In this document: positions 20,985-31,302 of the stretch, one piece after another | Layout: every line of letters begins with the position of its first letter | How positions within the stretch are numbered: the stretch's first letter is position 1 | Assembly (NCBI GenBank): GCA_963727525.1 | Contig: CAVSGO010000007.1 | Span: 1,504,001-1,568,000 of the forward strand | Direction: 5' to 3' | DNA length: 64,000 bases | Source: an uncultured bacterium | GTDB lineage: Bacteria > Krumholzibacteriota > Krumholzibacteriia > LZORAL124-64-63 | Made by a program: the position numbers and the translations under genes | The notes under the pieces: generated by a model | Databases searched by the model: none | What the model saw: only the letters and a program-made list of their open reading frames with translations | What the model was told of the DNA's origin: nothing

Positions 20985-22370
20985 ATGCGCTCTCCCCGCG
21001 CCGCTCTGGCGGTCGTCAGCTTCAATCTGACCCTCGTGATGGCCGTGAACCTGGCGCGCACGAGCCTCGCCGAGCGCCCCTTCGCCGCCCCTTTCCCGTT
21101 GCCGGCCGCGTGGTGGCCACCAGTGGTGGCCGCGCTCGCCGCGGTGGCCGCCGTCGTCGTGGCGATGGCGGTGCGCGATGCCCGGGCGCACAGGCGTGGG
21201 ACATGGCTCCTCGACGTGCTGCTCGTACCGGGCGTGGCGGTGGCCTGGATCGCCGCGCGACCGGCCGCGACGGGTCCCGCGGCGACGGACGGCGTGGCGC
21301 TGGTGGTGGTCGGCGCCCTGGTACTCGTGATCGCCCGCCGCACGCCGCCGCGTCCGGACTCCCTTGCGTCCCGGCGCGGCCTCGCCGCGCTGACGGCCGG
21401 CCGCGCCTGGCGCGTCGCCCATGGGGTCGCGCTGGTCGTGCTGCTGGGAGCCGCCGTGGCCACCCACGCGCATCCCGACGGGAAGGCGTTGCTCGTATCG
21501 CTGGCGACGTATCCGTGGTACGCGCTGGTGCAGCTCGCGCTGGTGCTGGCCCTGCCGTGGTCGCGCCTGAGCGCGCTGGCGGGTCCGCGCGCCGCCGTCG
21601 TCACCTGCGTCGTACTCTTCGCGCTCATGCACTGGCCGAATCCGGCGCTCATGGGACTCACCGCGCTGGGCATGGCGCTGTGGGCGCTGGAATACCGGCG
21701 CGGGCGGCCGCTGTGGGCGCTGGCGTTGTCGATGAGCCTGCTGGCCACGATCTGGGCCCAGCTCCTGCCCCACGACTGGACACAGCACATGCGCGTGGGA
21801 TCGGGTTACACGCGCGTGCGCGCCGTGCCGGCAGTGACCGCTCGAGCCGCCACGCAGGCCACGACGGATGGTACGTCGACGGGCACCGGCTGGTCGACCC
21901 TTACCTTCGTGGCCGCGCTGTACCCGCCCGTGGTGGGCCGGCCGGCGACCGCCCCGGAACTGGATCGCTGGCTCGCCGTGATCCGCGCCGCCACCCACGG
22001 GACCCTGGCCTGGCGCTTCTTCATCAGCCGGGAGTACCGGATCAAGTTCGCCGGTCCGCGCGGCGAGGCGCCGCTCTCGCCCGACGTGCACTGGACCACC
22101 CTCGATCCGGCCTGGCGCGCGCGGATCCTGCGATTCGCGAGCCCCGCCTACGCCGACTCGACCGGGGGCACCTGGGACGGCTTCCTCGCGGGGCTCTACC
22201 GCGACATCCTGCACCGCCGTGCCTCGCCCCAGGAGATCGCCCGGTGGCCGCGCACGCCCCCGGTGCCGTTGCAACGGCAGGTGACCGTGACGCTCTTCGA
22301 GCGGAGGGACGCGCTGCGGTCGGCGCCCTTCGACACCCTCACCGCCGGGCAGCTCCTACGGCACGACTGA
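20985..22370 (+). CDS. Membrane protein: degenerate CPBP (CAAX type II) domain plus two DUF4214-like repeats
   Basis: FALMHWPNP; FVAALY..VVGRP...ELDRW and FLAGLYRDILHR...EIARW. Confidence 0.6.
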   Translation: MRSPRAALAVVSFNLTLVMAVNLARTSLAERPFAAPFPLPAAWWPPVVAALAAVAAVVVAMAVRDARAHRRGTWLLDVLLVPGVAVAWIAARPAATGPAATDGVALVVVGALVLVIARRTPPRPDSLASRRGLAALTAGRAWRVAHGVALVVLLGAAVATHAHPDGKALLVSLATYPWYALVQLALVLALPWSRLSALAGPRAAVVTCVVLFALMHWPNPALMGLTALGMALWALEYRRGRPLWALALSMSLLATIWAQLLPHDWTQHMRVGSGYTRVRAVPAVTARAATQATTDGTSTGTGWSTLTFVAALYPPVVGRPATAPELDRWLAVIRAATHGTLAWRFFISREYRIKFAGPRGEAPLSPDVHWTTLDPAWRARILRFASPAYADSTGGTWDGFLAGLYRDILHRRASPQEIARWPRTPPVPLQRQVTVTLFERRDALRSAPFDTLTAGQLLRHD

Positions 22371-23831
22371 CGACTTCGCGGGGAAATGGCGCTGGCTGAG
22401 GAACGTCCAGTCGCCGGCGCGCACCGCGACCGGGCCAACGTCAATCGTGCCCAGCGCGCGATCGCTGCCGTCGGTGAGCGCCAGGTGCAGGGTGTGCTCG
22501 CCCGCGGGCAGCACCATCCGCACCAGGTAGATCGCATGAGGCAGCGTGAGCCACTCGCGCGTGTCGGCCGTCTCGGTGGCCGCGCCGAAGAGGTTGGCCA
22601 GCACCCCGGCCACCTTGCCGGCCTTCTCGGCCTGGCGCGTGGTGAGGTACTTGGTGAGCGCACGCGCCGCGGTCTTGAGGAGAATCTTGCCAGACTCGGC
22701 GTCGAACGTGAGCCGCGCCAGCGCATCGAGATCCTGCGTCCGGTACCCGCGCGCGTGCCAGCCGGTATCGGCGGTCACGCGCACGCCGCCCACGCGCGGC
22801 GGATTGGGCGGCAGCGTGGGCACGGCGAAGGAGAGCCAGTAGGCGATCTTGGCCCTTCTCGGCACCACGTAGTGCGCGCCGTAGCGCGATGTCACCACCA
22901 TCGCGAGGCTGTTGACGTCGTCGTCCTTCTCGGACTCGAGGATCGGGACATCGGCCCGCACCTGCTCCTTGGCGGACACGAACCCGGTCTCCACGAAGAG
23001 CACCACCTGGCCGGTGCCGGACGGCCAGTCTCCGGTCGCCACCGCATCCGGCGAACCGCCATCCCGCGCCGTGTCGCCCGCGGCCGCGAAGACGGCGGGA
23101 TAGTTGCGCCGCGCCTCGGCGAGTTCACTACCGAAGCCGAGCCAGCGCGCCGTGCGCACGAGATCGCCGGCCAGCGACGGTGGGATCTGCAGACCGAGCC
23201 GTGCCGCGTTGTCCTGATAGGCGGCGGCCGCGTTGCGGTAGGCGATGAAGGCGTCGTTCACCTCGTCGTCCCACTCGTAGAGCATGCCGCTGAGGTGCAG
23301 GAGGAAGGCGTCGTTCTTCGTGCTCGCGAAGTCGTCGCGCTTTTCGTCGTCCAGCTCGTCGAGGGTGGCGTCCACGTACTTCGCCATCAGCAGGCTGGCC
23401 TTGCGGCCCTCCACGACGGCGTCGGTACGCTGGCCGAGGTCGACGTAGTTGAGCGCGCGGAAGTACGGGATCATCGCCAGCTCGTACGGGCGTGCGCGAT
23501 AGCTGATGTTGGTGTCGTTGGTCAGGAGCGACAGGGCGCCCTCGCTGATGCTCTTGGTATAGAGATCGTCGGCCGTGCGCTCGGCCGCCTCGAAGGCCTC
23601 GTTGCTCTCGGCCCAGCGGTCGGCGTAGTGCAGCACGGTACCTCGCTCGAGCCACGTGAGCAGGACGTCCTTGCCATCGTCGTGCTTGTCGAGGGCCTCG
23701 AGGGCGGCCTGGTAGTCGCCGCCGGCGAGCTGCGGGCGCAGCTCGCCCATCTGCGATGTGTACGTGGAACAGCCGGTGGTCAGGAGCCAGGTCCCGACCG
23801 CCAGCCAGGCGAGGATGCGCCGCATCGGCAT
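22356..23831 (-). CDS. COG3014-family TPR-like lipoprotein
   Basis: Lipobox TTGC; Y..RPYE, ALNY, A.VE.R, E.ADTR.W.TLP motifs. Confidence 0.85.
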   Translation of the reverse strand: MPMRRILAWLAVGTWLLTTGCSTYTSQMGELRPQLAGGDYQAALEALDKHDDGKDVLLTWLERGTVLHYADRWAESNEAFEAAERTADDLYTKSISEGALSLLTNDTNISYRARPYELAMIPYFRALNYVDLGQRTDAVVEGRKASLLMAKYVDATLDELDDEKRDDFASTKNDAFLLHLSGMLYEWDDEVNDAFIAYRNAAAAYQDNAARLGLQIPPSLAGDLVRTARWLGFGSELAEARRNYPAVFAAAGDTARDGGSPDAVATGDWPSGTGQVVLFVETGFVSAKEQVRADVPILESEKDDDVNSLAMVVTSRYGAHYVVPRRAKIAYWLSFAVPTLPPNPPRVGGVRVTADTGWHARGYRTQDLDALARLTFDAESGKILLKTAARALTKYLTTRQAEKAGKVAGVLANLFGAATETADTREWLTLPHAIYLVRMVLPAGEHTLHLALTDGSDRALGTIDVGPVAVRAGDWTFLSQRHFPAKSSVVP

Positions 23832-23853
23832 CGCAGGACTCCCGCGCCGTCGC

Positions 23854-24474
23854 CTAGCCCTTGTACCGCGACTTGCCGATGAATTTCTTGATCTTGCTGA
23901 AGCCCGACCAGACCTTCACGTTGGTCTCGAGATCGGCCAGGTAGCAGTCGACCTGGTAGTACTTCACTTCCTTGCCTCCCTCGCTGTCGACGATGGAGTT
24001 GATCTCACCGATCAGCATGTAGTCGGCGCCCAGCTCGCGACCCCATTTCTTGATCGTCTCGGGCGCCGCGTAATCCTGCTGGTCGGCACGCTCGTCGCGC
24101 AGTTGCTCCCGCTCCTCTGGCGACGCCACCACGGACACGCGGCCGTTATTGATGAAGGCCCGCTCGAGATCACCGTAGAGCGTCTTGGTGGGGATGTGGT
24201 CGGTGGTCTTGTTGCGGGGCTCGCCGAGGATGAGCACGGGCTTCTTGCCGACACGCTGGCTGAAGTCCGAGATCCAGCCGGCGGACGTGATCTGGTCGAC
24301 GAGGTCGTCGGCCACGATCCGGCTATCCACATCGTTCCAGCGACCGGACAGGTCGATCTGCTCCCCCACGTCGACCCTGGTCACCTGCTTGCCGCTGCTG
24401 CAACTGCCCAGCAGGGCGAGGGCGACCACGCCGAGGATGAGAGTCGCCAGCGTGAACATTCGAGATCTCGTCAT
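23854..24474 (-). CDS. lpoB: LpoB-family penicillin-binding protein activator lipoprotein
   Basis: Lipobox LGSC; DLSGRWND.D, NKT.DHI, GADYML.G.I.SI.D; upstream of COG3014. Confidence 0.8.
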   Translation of the reverse strand: MTRSRMFTLATLILGVVALALLGSCSSGKQVTRVDVGEQIDLSGRWNDVDSRIVADDLVDQITSAGWISDFSQRVGKKPVLILGEPRNKTTDHIPTKTLYGDLERAFINNGRVSVVASPEEREQLRDERADQQDYAAPETIKKWGRELGADYMLIGEINSIVDSEGGKEVKYYQVDCYLADLETNVKVWSGFSKIKKFIGKSRYKG

Positions 24475-24617
24475 GAGCAAGGCCTCCTGTGATCCACAGG
24501 CTCCGCGGCCAGGCGCGCCCGGGCCGCCGTGCTGGTGAGGTGTTCGGGCCCATCCTCGCCGACGGGACCTGAACGATCAAGGTCTAAAGAGCCGGTCGGG
24601 GGCGCAACCGTGAGCGC

Positions 24618-25004
24618 TCAGGTGTCGCCCTCGGGCAGCGCCGGGCGCACGACGAGCACCGTCTCGCGGCGAATCGTCACCGTGCCGGTGGGAGCGCCGC
24701 GCGGCTTGGAGACGAAGCGGGCGCGGGTGCACGACACACCCACCTGCCGCGCCTCCCGTTTCTTGCTGTGCCAGGCGGCGATGGCGGCCGCGGCCTTGAG
24801 CGTGTCGCGGTCGGGTTCCTCGGGCCCCGGCACCTGCAGCACCACGTGGCTGCCCGGCAGGCCCCGCACGTGAAACCAGAAGTCGTTGCCGCGGGCCATC
24901 TTGAGGCTGAGGTACTCGTTGTCGCGGTCGGTGCGGCCAGCCAGCACGACCCAGCCGCCGGGCAGGGTGTACTCATGGTACTGGTTGCCGCGTGCCGCGT
25001 CCAA
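24618..25004 (-). CDS. NFACT RNA-binding domain protein (DUF814)
   Basis: GRTDRDNEYL, WFHVRGLPGSHVV, AAWHSK, VSKPRGAPTG. Confidence 0.9.
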   Translation of the reverse strand: MDAARGNQYHEYTLPGGWVVLAGRTDRDNEYLSLKMARGNDFWFHVRGLPGSHVVLQVPGPEEPDRDTLKAAAAIAAWHSKKREARQVGVSCTRARFVSKPRGAPTGTVTIRRETVLVVRPALPEGDT

Positions 25005-25191
25005 GGGGGTCCTTTCGGGCTCGATTTTCGTCGAATGAGCTTGGAACTCTCACGCGAGCGGGTTGTATAGTGCGCGTTTCGCGCCTCGCCCGTCCCGCCG
25101 GATTTCGCCGCGTCGCCTCGCTGCGCGGTTTCCAGCGCGCGGGTATGCAGTGTCATTTTTTTATCACCGTCCTGCAAGGAGAGCTTCGCCG

Positions 25192-26154
25192 ATGATCGAA
25201 GTCCGCGACGTCACGAAGCGCTTCGGGACGACGGTCGCGCTGAGCAAGGTGTCGTTCGAGGTTGCCCGCGGCAAGATCCTGGGATTCCTCGGCCCCAACG
25301 GCGCCGGCAAGAGCACGACCATGAAGATCATCACCACCTTCCTAGCCGCTGACGCGGGTTCGGTGAAGGTGGACGGGATCGACGTCCTGGAGCAGCCCCT
25401 GTCCGTGCGGCACAAGATCGGCTACATGCCCGAGAATGTGCCCCTCTACCATGACATGACCGTCGACGAGTACCTGCGCTTCGTCGGCCGCGCCCGCGGC
25501 CTCGACGGGGCTCGGCTGCGCGATCGGCTCGACTGGTGCACCGAGGCCTGCGGTCTCAAGACGGAGTTCAAGCGCAAGATCCAGGAGCTGTCGAAGGGTT
25601 ACCGGCAGCGTACCGGCCTGGCGCAAGCCCTGATCCACGATCCGGACATCCTGATCCTCGACGAGCCCACGAGCGGACTCGACCCCCTGCAGATCATCGG
25701 GATCCGCGATCTGATCAAGAGCCTCGCCGGACACAAGACGATCATCTTCTCCACCCACATCCTGCAGGAGGTGGGGCCGGTCACCGATCGGGTGGTGATC
25801 ATCAACCAGGGCACGGTGGTCGCCGACGGGCGCATCTCCGAGCTGACCGAACGCGCCATGGGTACCAACCGCATCTACCTCGGGGTGCGCGGCGCGGCCG
25901 CCGACGTGCAGCCGGCGCTGGTGGGCCTGCCCTACGTCACCGACCTGCGTCCCCTGCCCGACGCGGCTCCCGGCACCTGCCGCTTCGAGCTGCGCGGCGC
26001 CTTCGCGGACGACCTGGTGGGCGTGGTCACCCGCACGGTGACCGAACGCGGCTGGTCCCTGCTCGAGCTCCACGAATCGCGATACTCGCTCGAGGACACG
26101 TTCATCGCGCTGACGCGGCAATCGTCGGCGCGGCCCCAGCAGGAGGTGGCGTGA
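25192..26154 (+). CDS. ABC transporter ATP-binding subunit (GldA-like)
   Basis: GPNGAGKS, LSKGYRQR, ILDEPTSG. Confidence 0.92.
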   Translation: MIEVRDVTKRFGTTVALSKVSFEVARGKILGFLGPNGAGKSTTMKIITTFLAADAGSVKVDGIDVLEQPLSVRHKIGYMPENVPLYHDMTVDEYLRFVGRARGLDGARLRDRLDWCTEACGLKTEFKRKIQELSKGYRQRTGLAQALIHDPDILILDEPTSGLDPLQIIGIRDLIKSLAGHKTIIFSTHILQEVGPVTDRVVIINQGTVVADGRISELTERAMGTNRIYLGVRGAAADVQPALVGLPYVTDLRPLPDAAPGTCRFELRGAFADDLVGVVTRTVTERGWSLLELHESRYSLEDTFIALTRQSSARPQQEVA

Positions 26155-26879
26155 TGCGCAACGTCGGCGTCGTCTTCGGACGCGAGTTCGCCAGCTACTT
26201 CAACAGCCCGATCGCCTACATCTTCATCATCGTGTTCCTGCTCTTCAACTGCGGCCTCTACATGCTGGGATTCTTTCTCGGCGGCCAGGCCGACATGCGC
26301 GCGTTCTTCGGCAGCCTGCCGCTGATGCTGTGCATCTTCATCCCGGCCGTGAGCATGCGGCTGTGGGCGGAAGATCACCGGCGCGGCACCTTCGAGCTGC
26401 TGATGACGCTGCCGATGAAGGCCAGCGAGGTGATGCTGGGCAAGTACCTGGCCGCACTCGCCTTCTTCCTGGTGGCGCTGGCGGCCACCTTCCCCATCCC
26501 CATCATGCTGAACGCCCTGGCCAACCCGGACAACGGCACCATCGTGGCCGGCTACCTGGGCTCGCTCCTGCTCGGTGCGCTGTACCTGAGTGTGGGCATC
26601 TTCACCAGCGGCCTGATGCGTGACCAGATCTCCGCCTTCATCCTGGGCGTGATGGCCTGCCTGGCCATGTTCTTCCTGGGCAACGCGGCCGTTGCGTCGG
26701 TCTTCGACGGCTGGCTGCCCGGCTTCGGCAGCATGTTGCAGCGTTTCCTGGGCCTGATGTCGCACTTCGAGCCCATGCTGCGCGGGGTGATCTCGCTCGG
26801 AGATGTCGTCTACTTCCTGGCCCTGTCGTCCCTCTTCCTGGCGCTCAACTCCCTCTGGCTGGAAGGGAGGAAGTACTGA
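26154..26879 (+). CDS. ABC-2 permease (GldF-like)
   Basis: REFASYFNSPIAY, SMRLWAED..GTFELL; ATG overlaps the upstream TGA. Confidence 0.9.
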   Translation: MRNVGVVFGREFASYFNSPIAYIFIIVFLLFNCGLYMLGFFLGGQADMRAFFGSLPLMLCIFIPAVSMRLWAEDHRRGTFELLMTLPMKASEVMLGKYLAALAFFLVALAATFPIPIMLNALANPDNGTIVAGYLGSLLLGALYLSVGIFTSGLMRDQISAFILGVMACLAMFFLGNAAVASVFDGWLPGFGSMLQRFLGLMSHFEPMLRGVISLGDVVYFLALSSLFLALNSLWLEGRKY

Positions 26880-28657
26880 TGGCAACCGCCAAGCGACGCA
26901 ACTTCCGCGCCACCTTCACGGTGGCGACCCTGGTGATGGTGGCGATCGTCGTGCTCCTGATCTCCGTGCTGAGCAACATGACCGGCGCGCGGGTCGACAT
27001 GACGAGCGACAAGCTGTTCACCCTCTCGCCCGCGGCCGTGAAGATCCTGAAGGATCTCAAGGTGCCGGTGCAGGTGAAGCTGTACATCACGCCTGCCGAC
27101 AAGATGCCCACATCGTACAAGACGCTCGAGCGCGACATCGGCGAGCAGTTGCACAACTACGAGCGCGTGTCCGACGGCAAGCTCCAGTTCTCGGTGTACA
27201 ATCCGCAGGACAACGAGGACATGCAGAAGGAGCTGACGAGCAAGGGCATCCGGCCATTCCAGGTGCAGTCGGTGGACAAGGACGAGATCGGCCTCAAGCT
27301 GATCTGGAGCGCCATGACCATCGCCTACAAGGACCATCCCGCCGAGGTGGTGCCGCAGATCCTGCCGGAGACGCTGCCCAACCTCGAGACCATGGTCATC
27401 GTGCCGGTGTACCGCCTCACGCGCGACAAGCAACCCAAGGTCGCGGTGTTCGCGCCGAAGAAGGAAGTCGATCCGCAGCTCGCGATGATGTACCTCCAGC
27501 AGGGCATGCAGCCGCCGCAGCCTGAGGATCAGTACAAGTCGATCGGCCAGCTCCTCGACCAGGAGCACTACGAGTCGGTGAAGGTGGATCTCACGAAGGA
27601 CTCGCCGATCCCGGCCGACGCCGATCTGCTCATCGTGATGGCTCCGGTGAACCTGAACGAGCGGCAGGCTTTCGCGATCAACCGCGCCCTGAGCAACGGC
27701 ATGCCGGTGCTGATGGCGGTGCAGGCGCACGAGTACAACTACTCCCCCGCGCCCACCGGCGGCTGGCAGATCTCCGGACGCGAGAACAAGAGCGGTCTGG
27801 AGAAGGTGCTCGGCGCCTTCGGCCTCAGCGTGGGCACCGATCACTTCCTGGACGCCAACCTGCAGGTGCTCGACCTGCCGCGCGAGGTCAACCTGGGCGG
27901 CCTGCGCATGCAGACCCGCGAACCGGTGAAGACGCCGATCCAGATCAAGGTGACCGAGGACCAGATGAACCCGCAGGAGGCGATCACCAATCGCATCAGC
28001 CAGCTGCTGTACCTGTGGGGCACGCCCATCGACGAGGACACGGCCAAGCTGTCGCAGGACAACCTCCAGGCCACCACCCTCATGTCGAGCAGCGACCGCT
28101 GCTGGACCGTACCGTTCAACGGCGGTTCCCTGTCCACGAGCGACATGGATCCCCGCGGCAAGACCATGCTCGGGGCCCAACCGCTGGCCGTGAGCGTGGA
28201 GGGCATCTTCCCCGACGCGTACGCCGGACAGGACCCGCCCGCGTGGCCGGCGGCGAAGGATGCGAACGGCGACGAGGCCAGCGCTCCCGCCGCCGACGCT
28301 CCTCCCACACCGCTCACGCCGGCGCCGTCGCGCCTGGTCCTGGTGGGTTGCGCGAAGATGTTCGACGACAACATCATCCAGGGCGGCCAGAATTCGTTGC
28401 TGCTCATGAACGCCATCGACGCGATGGGCGGCAGCTCCGCGCTGCTTTCGATCCGTGCGAAGACGCTCACCGAGCGGACGATCCGCCCCGTGTCGGCGGG
28501 GTCCAAGGCCATGTGGCGCTTCGCCACCGTGGCGCTCATCCCCGTCCTGTTCGCGGTCTTCGGGTTCGCGCGCATGGCGCGGCGCCGCCGCGAGGCAGTC
28601 CGGTACCGTCGCGAGCTGACCAATCACCCGAACGCCGGTCACGGAAGCGTGCAGTAA
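26879..28657 (+). CDS. GldG-family ABC auxiliary protein
   Basis: RVDMTSDKLFTLS; TM helices at both ends; operon context. Confidence 0.88.
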   Translation: MATAKRRNFRATFTVATLVMVAIVVLLISVLSNMTGARVDMTSDKLFTLSPAAVKILKDLKVPVQVKLYITPADKMPTSYKTLERDIGEQLHNYERVSDGKLQFSVYNPQDNEDMQKELTSKGIRPFQVQSVDKDEIGLKLIWSAMTIAYKDHPAEVVPQILPETLPNLETMVIVPVYRLTRDKQPKVAVFAPKKEVDPQLAMMYLQQGMQPPQPEDQYKSIGQLLDQEHYESVKVDLTKDSPIPADADLLIVMAPVNLNERQAFAINRALSNGMPVLMAVQAHEYNYSPAPTGGWQISGRENKSGLEKVLGAFGLSVGTDHFLDANLQVLDLPREVNLGGLRMQTREPVKTPIQIKVTEDQMNPQEAITNRISQLLYLWGTPIDEDTAKLSQDNLQATTLMSSSDRCWTVPFNGGSLSTSDMDPRGKTMLGAQPLAVSVEGIFPDAYAGQDPPAWPAAKDANGDEASAPAADAPPTPLTPAPSRLVLVGCAKMFDDNIIQGGQNSLLLMNAIDAMGGSSALLSIRAKTLTERTIRPVSAGSKAMWRFATVALIPVLFAVFGFARMARRRREAVRYRRELTNHPNAGHGSVQ

Positions 28658-28670
28658 GGAGGATCACGGG

Positions 28671-29714
28671 ATGCTGAACCGGAAGAACATGATCGCCCTG
28701 ATCGCCGTTCTCGCGGTGCTCCTGCTCGTGAGCCTCGTGCAGCAGCGCCGCCACGAGCAGGTCACCAGCCGGTCGAGCAGTGATCAGCTGCTCGCCGGGC
28801 CCTTCACCAGCGCCGACCTCGGCCGCATCGAGATCGGCTATGGCGCCTCACCCGACGCCGTGGTGCTGACGCAAGGTCCGTCGGGCTGGGTGGTGACGAC
28901 GAGCCACGACGCCAAGGCCAGCACGCAGAAGATCGACTCGCTGCTGGGCACGCTGAGCGAACTGCGCGGAGAGTACCGCAGCGAGACCGCCGACGTGCTG
29001 CCCGACTACGGCTTCACCGACTCCACGACAGTGCACCTCGTGGGCCTCGACAAGTCGGGCCAGCAGGTCTTCGCACTGGAGGTAGGCGACAAGCCGAGCC
29101 AGGGCACGGGCAACTTCGTGCGCCTGCCGGATGACGCGAAGGTGTACCTCACGTCGGCCGGCATTCTCGGCAACCTCGGTCTGTACAGCGGGCCGGCGCT
29201 GCCGACGGGCCGGCAATTCCTCGATCTGCAGGTGGTCACGTGCGACCGCAAGGACGTCGACGCGATCACGCTGCAGGACGGGAAACAGACGGTCCACCTG
29301 GAGAAGCAGTTCACGACGGTGCAGCCGGCGGCGGACGACACGACGGGCGCCGGACCCACGACCGACCGTGCCAATTGGGAATGGCAGATTACCAGGCCGA
29401 AGAAAAGCGCCGTGGCCAAGACCAAGGCCGACGCGGTGCTCAACAGCCTGTGCAACCTGCGCGCCCAAGACGTGGCCGATCCGTCGCAACCCCTGGACAC
29501 TTATGGTCTGCAGTCGCCGGCAAAGGTCGCCACGCTGACCAAGCAGGACGGCTCCACCGTGACCGTGGCCTTCGGCGCCACGCGCGCGGCGGAGGGCGGC
29601 ACGCCCGGCGGCGTGTACGCCCAGGTCGCGGGCGAGGCGACGGTGTGGATCGTGGCGGAGTACCAGCTCAAGTCGATCTTCAAGTCCCCGGACGATCTCA
29701 AACCGGCGTCGTGA
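28671..29714 (+). CDS. DUF4340-domain protein
   Basis: N-terminal TM anchor and duplicated 'W....A....L..L..L......YG' units; usual fourth gene of this operon. Confidence 0.75.
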   Translation: MLNRKNMIALIAVLAVLLLVSLVQQRRHEQVTSRSSSDQLLAGPFTSADLGRIEIGYGASPDAVVLTQGPSGWVVTTSHDAKASTQKIDSLLGTLSELRGEYRSETADVLPDYGFTDSTTVHLVGLDKSGQQVFALEVGDKPSQGTGNFVRLPDDAKVYLTSAGILGNLGLYSGPALPTGRQFLDLQVVTCDRKDVDAITLQDGKQTVHLEKQFTTVQPAADDTTGAGPTTDRANWEWQITRPKKSAVAKTKADAVLNSLCNLRAQDVADPSQPLDTYGLQSPAKVATLTKQDGSTVTVAFGATRAAEGGTPGGVYAQVAGEATVWIVAEYQLKSIFKSPDDLKPAS

Positions 29715-29873
29715 TCGCGCGACATCCGTCATGGCCGGCCATCTCCCGCGGAGGTGGCCGGCCGTGTCATGTCGTCACCGTTCTTGTCGCGAACCTGGGC
29801 GCGGCGTAGTATTGAGCCATCCTCCCGGCGCGGGCGCCCGGCCCGCGCCGCACGTCACGGCAAAGGAGAGACC

Positions 29874-31280
29874 GTGGGCACCGAATCTCGGCGTTCCCCG
29901 CAGCAGACCACCCGCGCTCGCACCCCCAGGGACGGCGGCTGCCGGCAGTCGCGCGTCCTGCTCAGGGGTGGCCGGATCCTCGACTACTTCCCCGAGCCGC
30001 TGGACGCCGACGCGCAGCCACTGGTCGAGGATGTCGACCTGCGCGTGGCCGACTGCCGCATCGTCGAGCGCGGCGCGAACCTGTCGCCGCAGGACGGCGA
30101 CACGGTGATCGAGCTGGACGGCGCCACCGTCCTGCCGGGAAACGTCAATGCCCACATGCACCTCTACACGTCGCTCACTGCCGGCGCACCGTCGCCGCCA
30201 CGCACCCTCTCCACGTTCAAGGAGGTGATGAGCGAGGTGTTCTGGGCGTTCGACCGCGCCCTCGACAAGGACGCGATCTACCTGAGCGCCGTCGCCGGCG
30301 CCTGGGACGCGGTGCGCAGCGGCACCACGCTCATCTTCGACCTGCACTCGAGCATGAGTGCGATCGACGGCGCCCTCGATCTGGTGGAGGACGGCGTGCG
30401 CGCGGTGGGTCTGCGCGCCAGCCTCGGCTACGAGGTGACCGATCGCGCCGGCCAGGGCGTGCGCGACACCGCGATGGAGGAGACGGCCCGTTACCTGGCG
30501 AAGGTGCGCGAGGGCGACGCCGGCTGCGTGCGCCAGTTCCACGGGGTGGTGGGCGCCCACGCCAGCTTCACGCTGGAGCCGCGCGCGCTGCAGCTCCTGG
30601 GCGAGCTGGCCGAGCGGTACGCGGCGCCGATCCACATGCACGTCGGCGAAGGCCCCACCGACCGCGAGATCAGCAAGCAACGCGGCTGGCCCGATCCCCT
30701 GCAACGCCTGCGGGACGGCGGCCTGCTGCGCCGCGGTTCGATCTTCGTGCACGGCGTCGACCTCACGCCGCTGGAGGCCCTGGAGATCGACCGCAGCGGC
30801 GGCTGGCTCGTGCACTGCGGGCGTTCGAACATGAACAACGGCGTCGGCCGTGCCGACCTGCGGCGCTGGCCCTGGCGCGCGGCCCTGGGCACCAACGGCC
30901 TCGACCAGAACATGTGGGGCGAGCTGCGCGCCACCTACTTCCGCGGCCACGAGAACCCCGAACCCGACCTGCCGCGGGACGCGGCCGAACGACTGTGGCT
31001 CGGCGGTTACCGTCTCGCGCGCGAAGCCTTCGGCGAGGCATTCGGCAGTCTGCGACCGGGCGCCCCGGCCGACTTCATCATCCTCGACAACTTCCAGAAG
31101 ACGCCGTTGACCACCGATACCTGGTTCAACCACCTGCTCTTCGATTTCCACCCGTGGGACATCGGTTCGGTGTACGTGGGCGGCTGCCCCGTCTACCGCA
31201 GCGGCGACGGGCCGCCGGTCGCCCCCCGGGAACTCCAGGCGACCGCAACGCGCATCTGGCAGGCGATGGGCTGGCGCTGA
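29874..31280 (+). CDS. Amidohydrolase family protein (SsnA/chlorohydrolase-like)
   Basis: PG.VNAHMHLY, GAHASFT, HMHVGEG, SNMNNGVG, G.L.PG..AD. Confidence 0.85.
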   Translation: MGTESRRSPQQTTRARTPRDGGCRQSRVLLRGGRILDYFPEPLDADAQPLVEDVDLRVADCRIVERGANLSPQDGDTVIELDGATVLPGNVNAHMHLYTSLTAGAPSPPRTLSTFKEVMSEVFWAFDRALDKDAIYLSAVAGAWDAVRSGTTLIFDLHSSMSAIDGALDLVEDGVRAVGLRASLGYEVTDRAGQGVRDTAMEETARYLAKVREGDAGCVRQFHGVVGAHASFTLEPRALQLLGELAERYAAPIHMHVGEGPTDREISKQRGWPDPLQRLRDGGLLRRGSIFVHGVDLTPLEALEIDRSGGWLVHCGRSNMNNGVGRADLRRWPWRAALGTNGLDQNMWGELRATYFRGHENPEPDLPRDAAERLWLGGYRLAREAFGEAFGSLRPGAPADFIILDNFQKTPLTTDTWFNHLLFDFHPWDIGSVYVGGCPVYRSGDGPPVAPRELQATATRIWQAMGWR

Positions 31281-31302
31281 GAGGCGCCAGCCCCCCGCCG
31301 CA

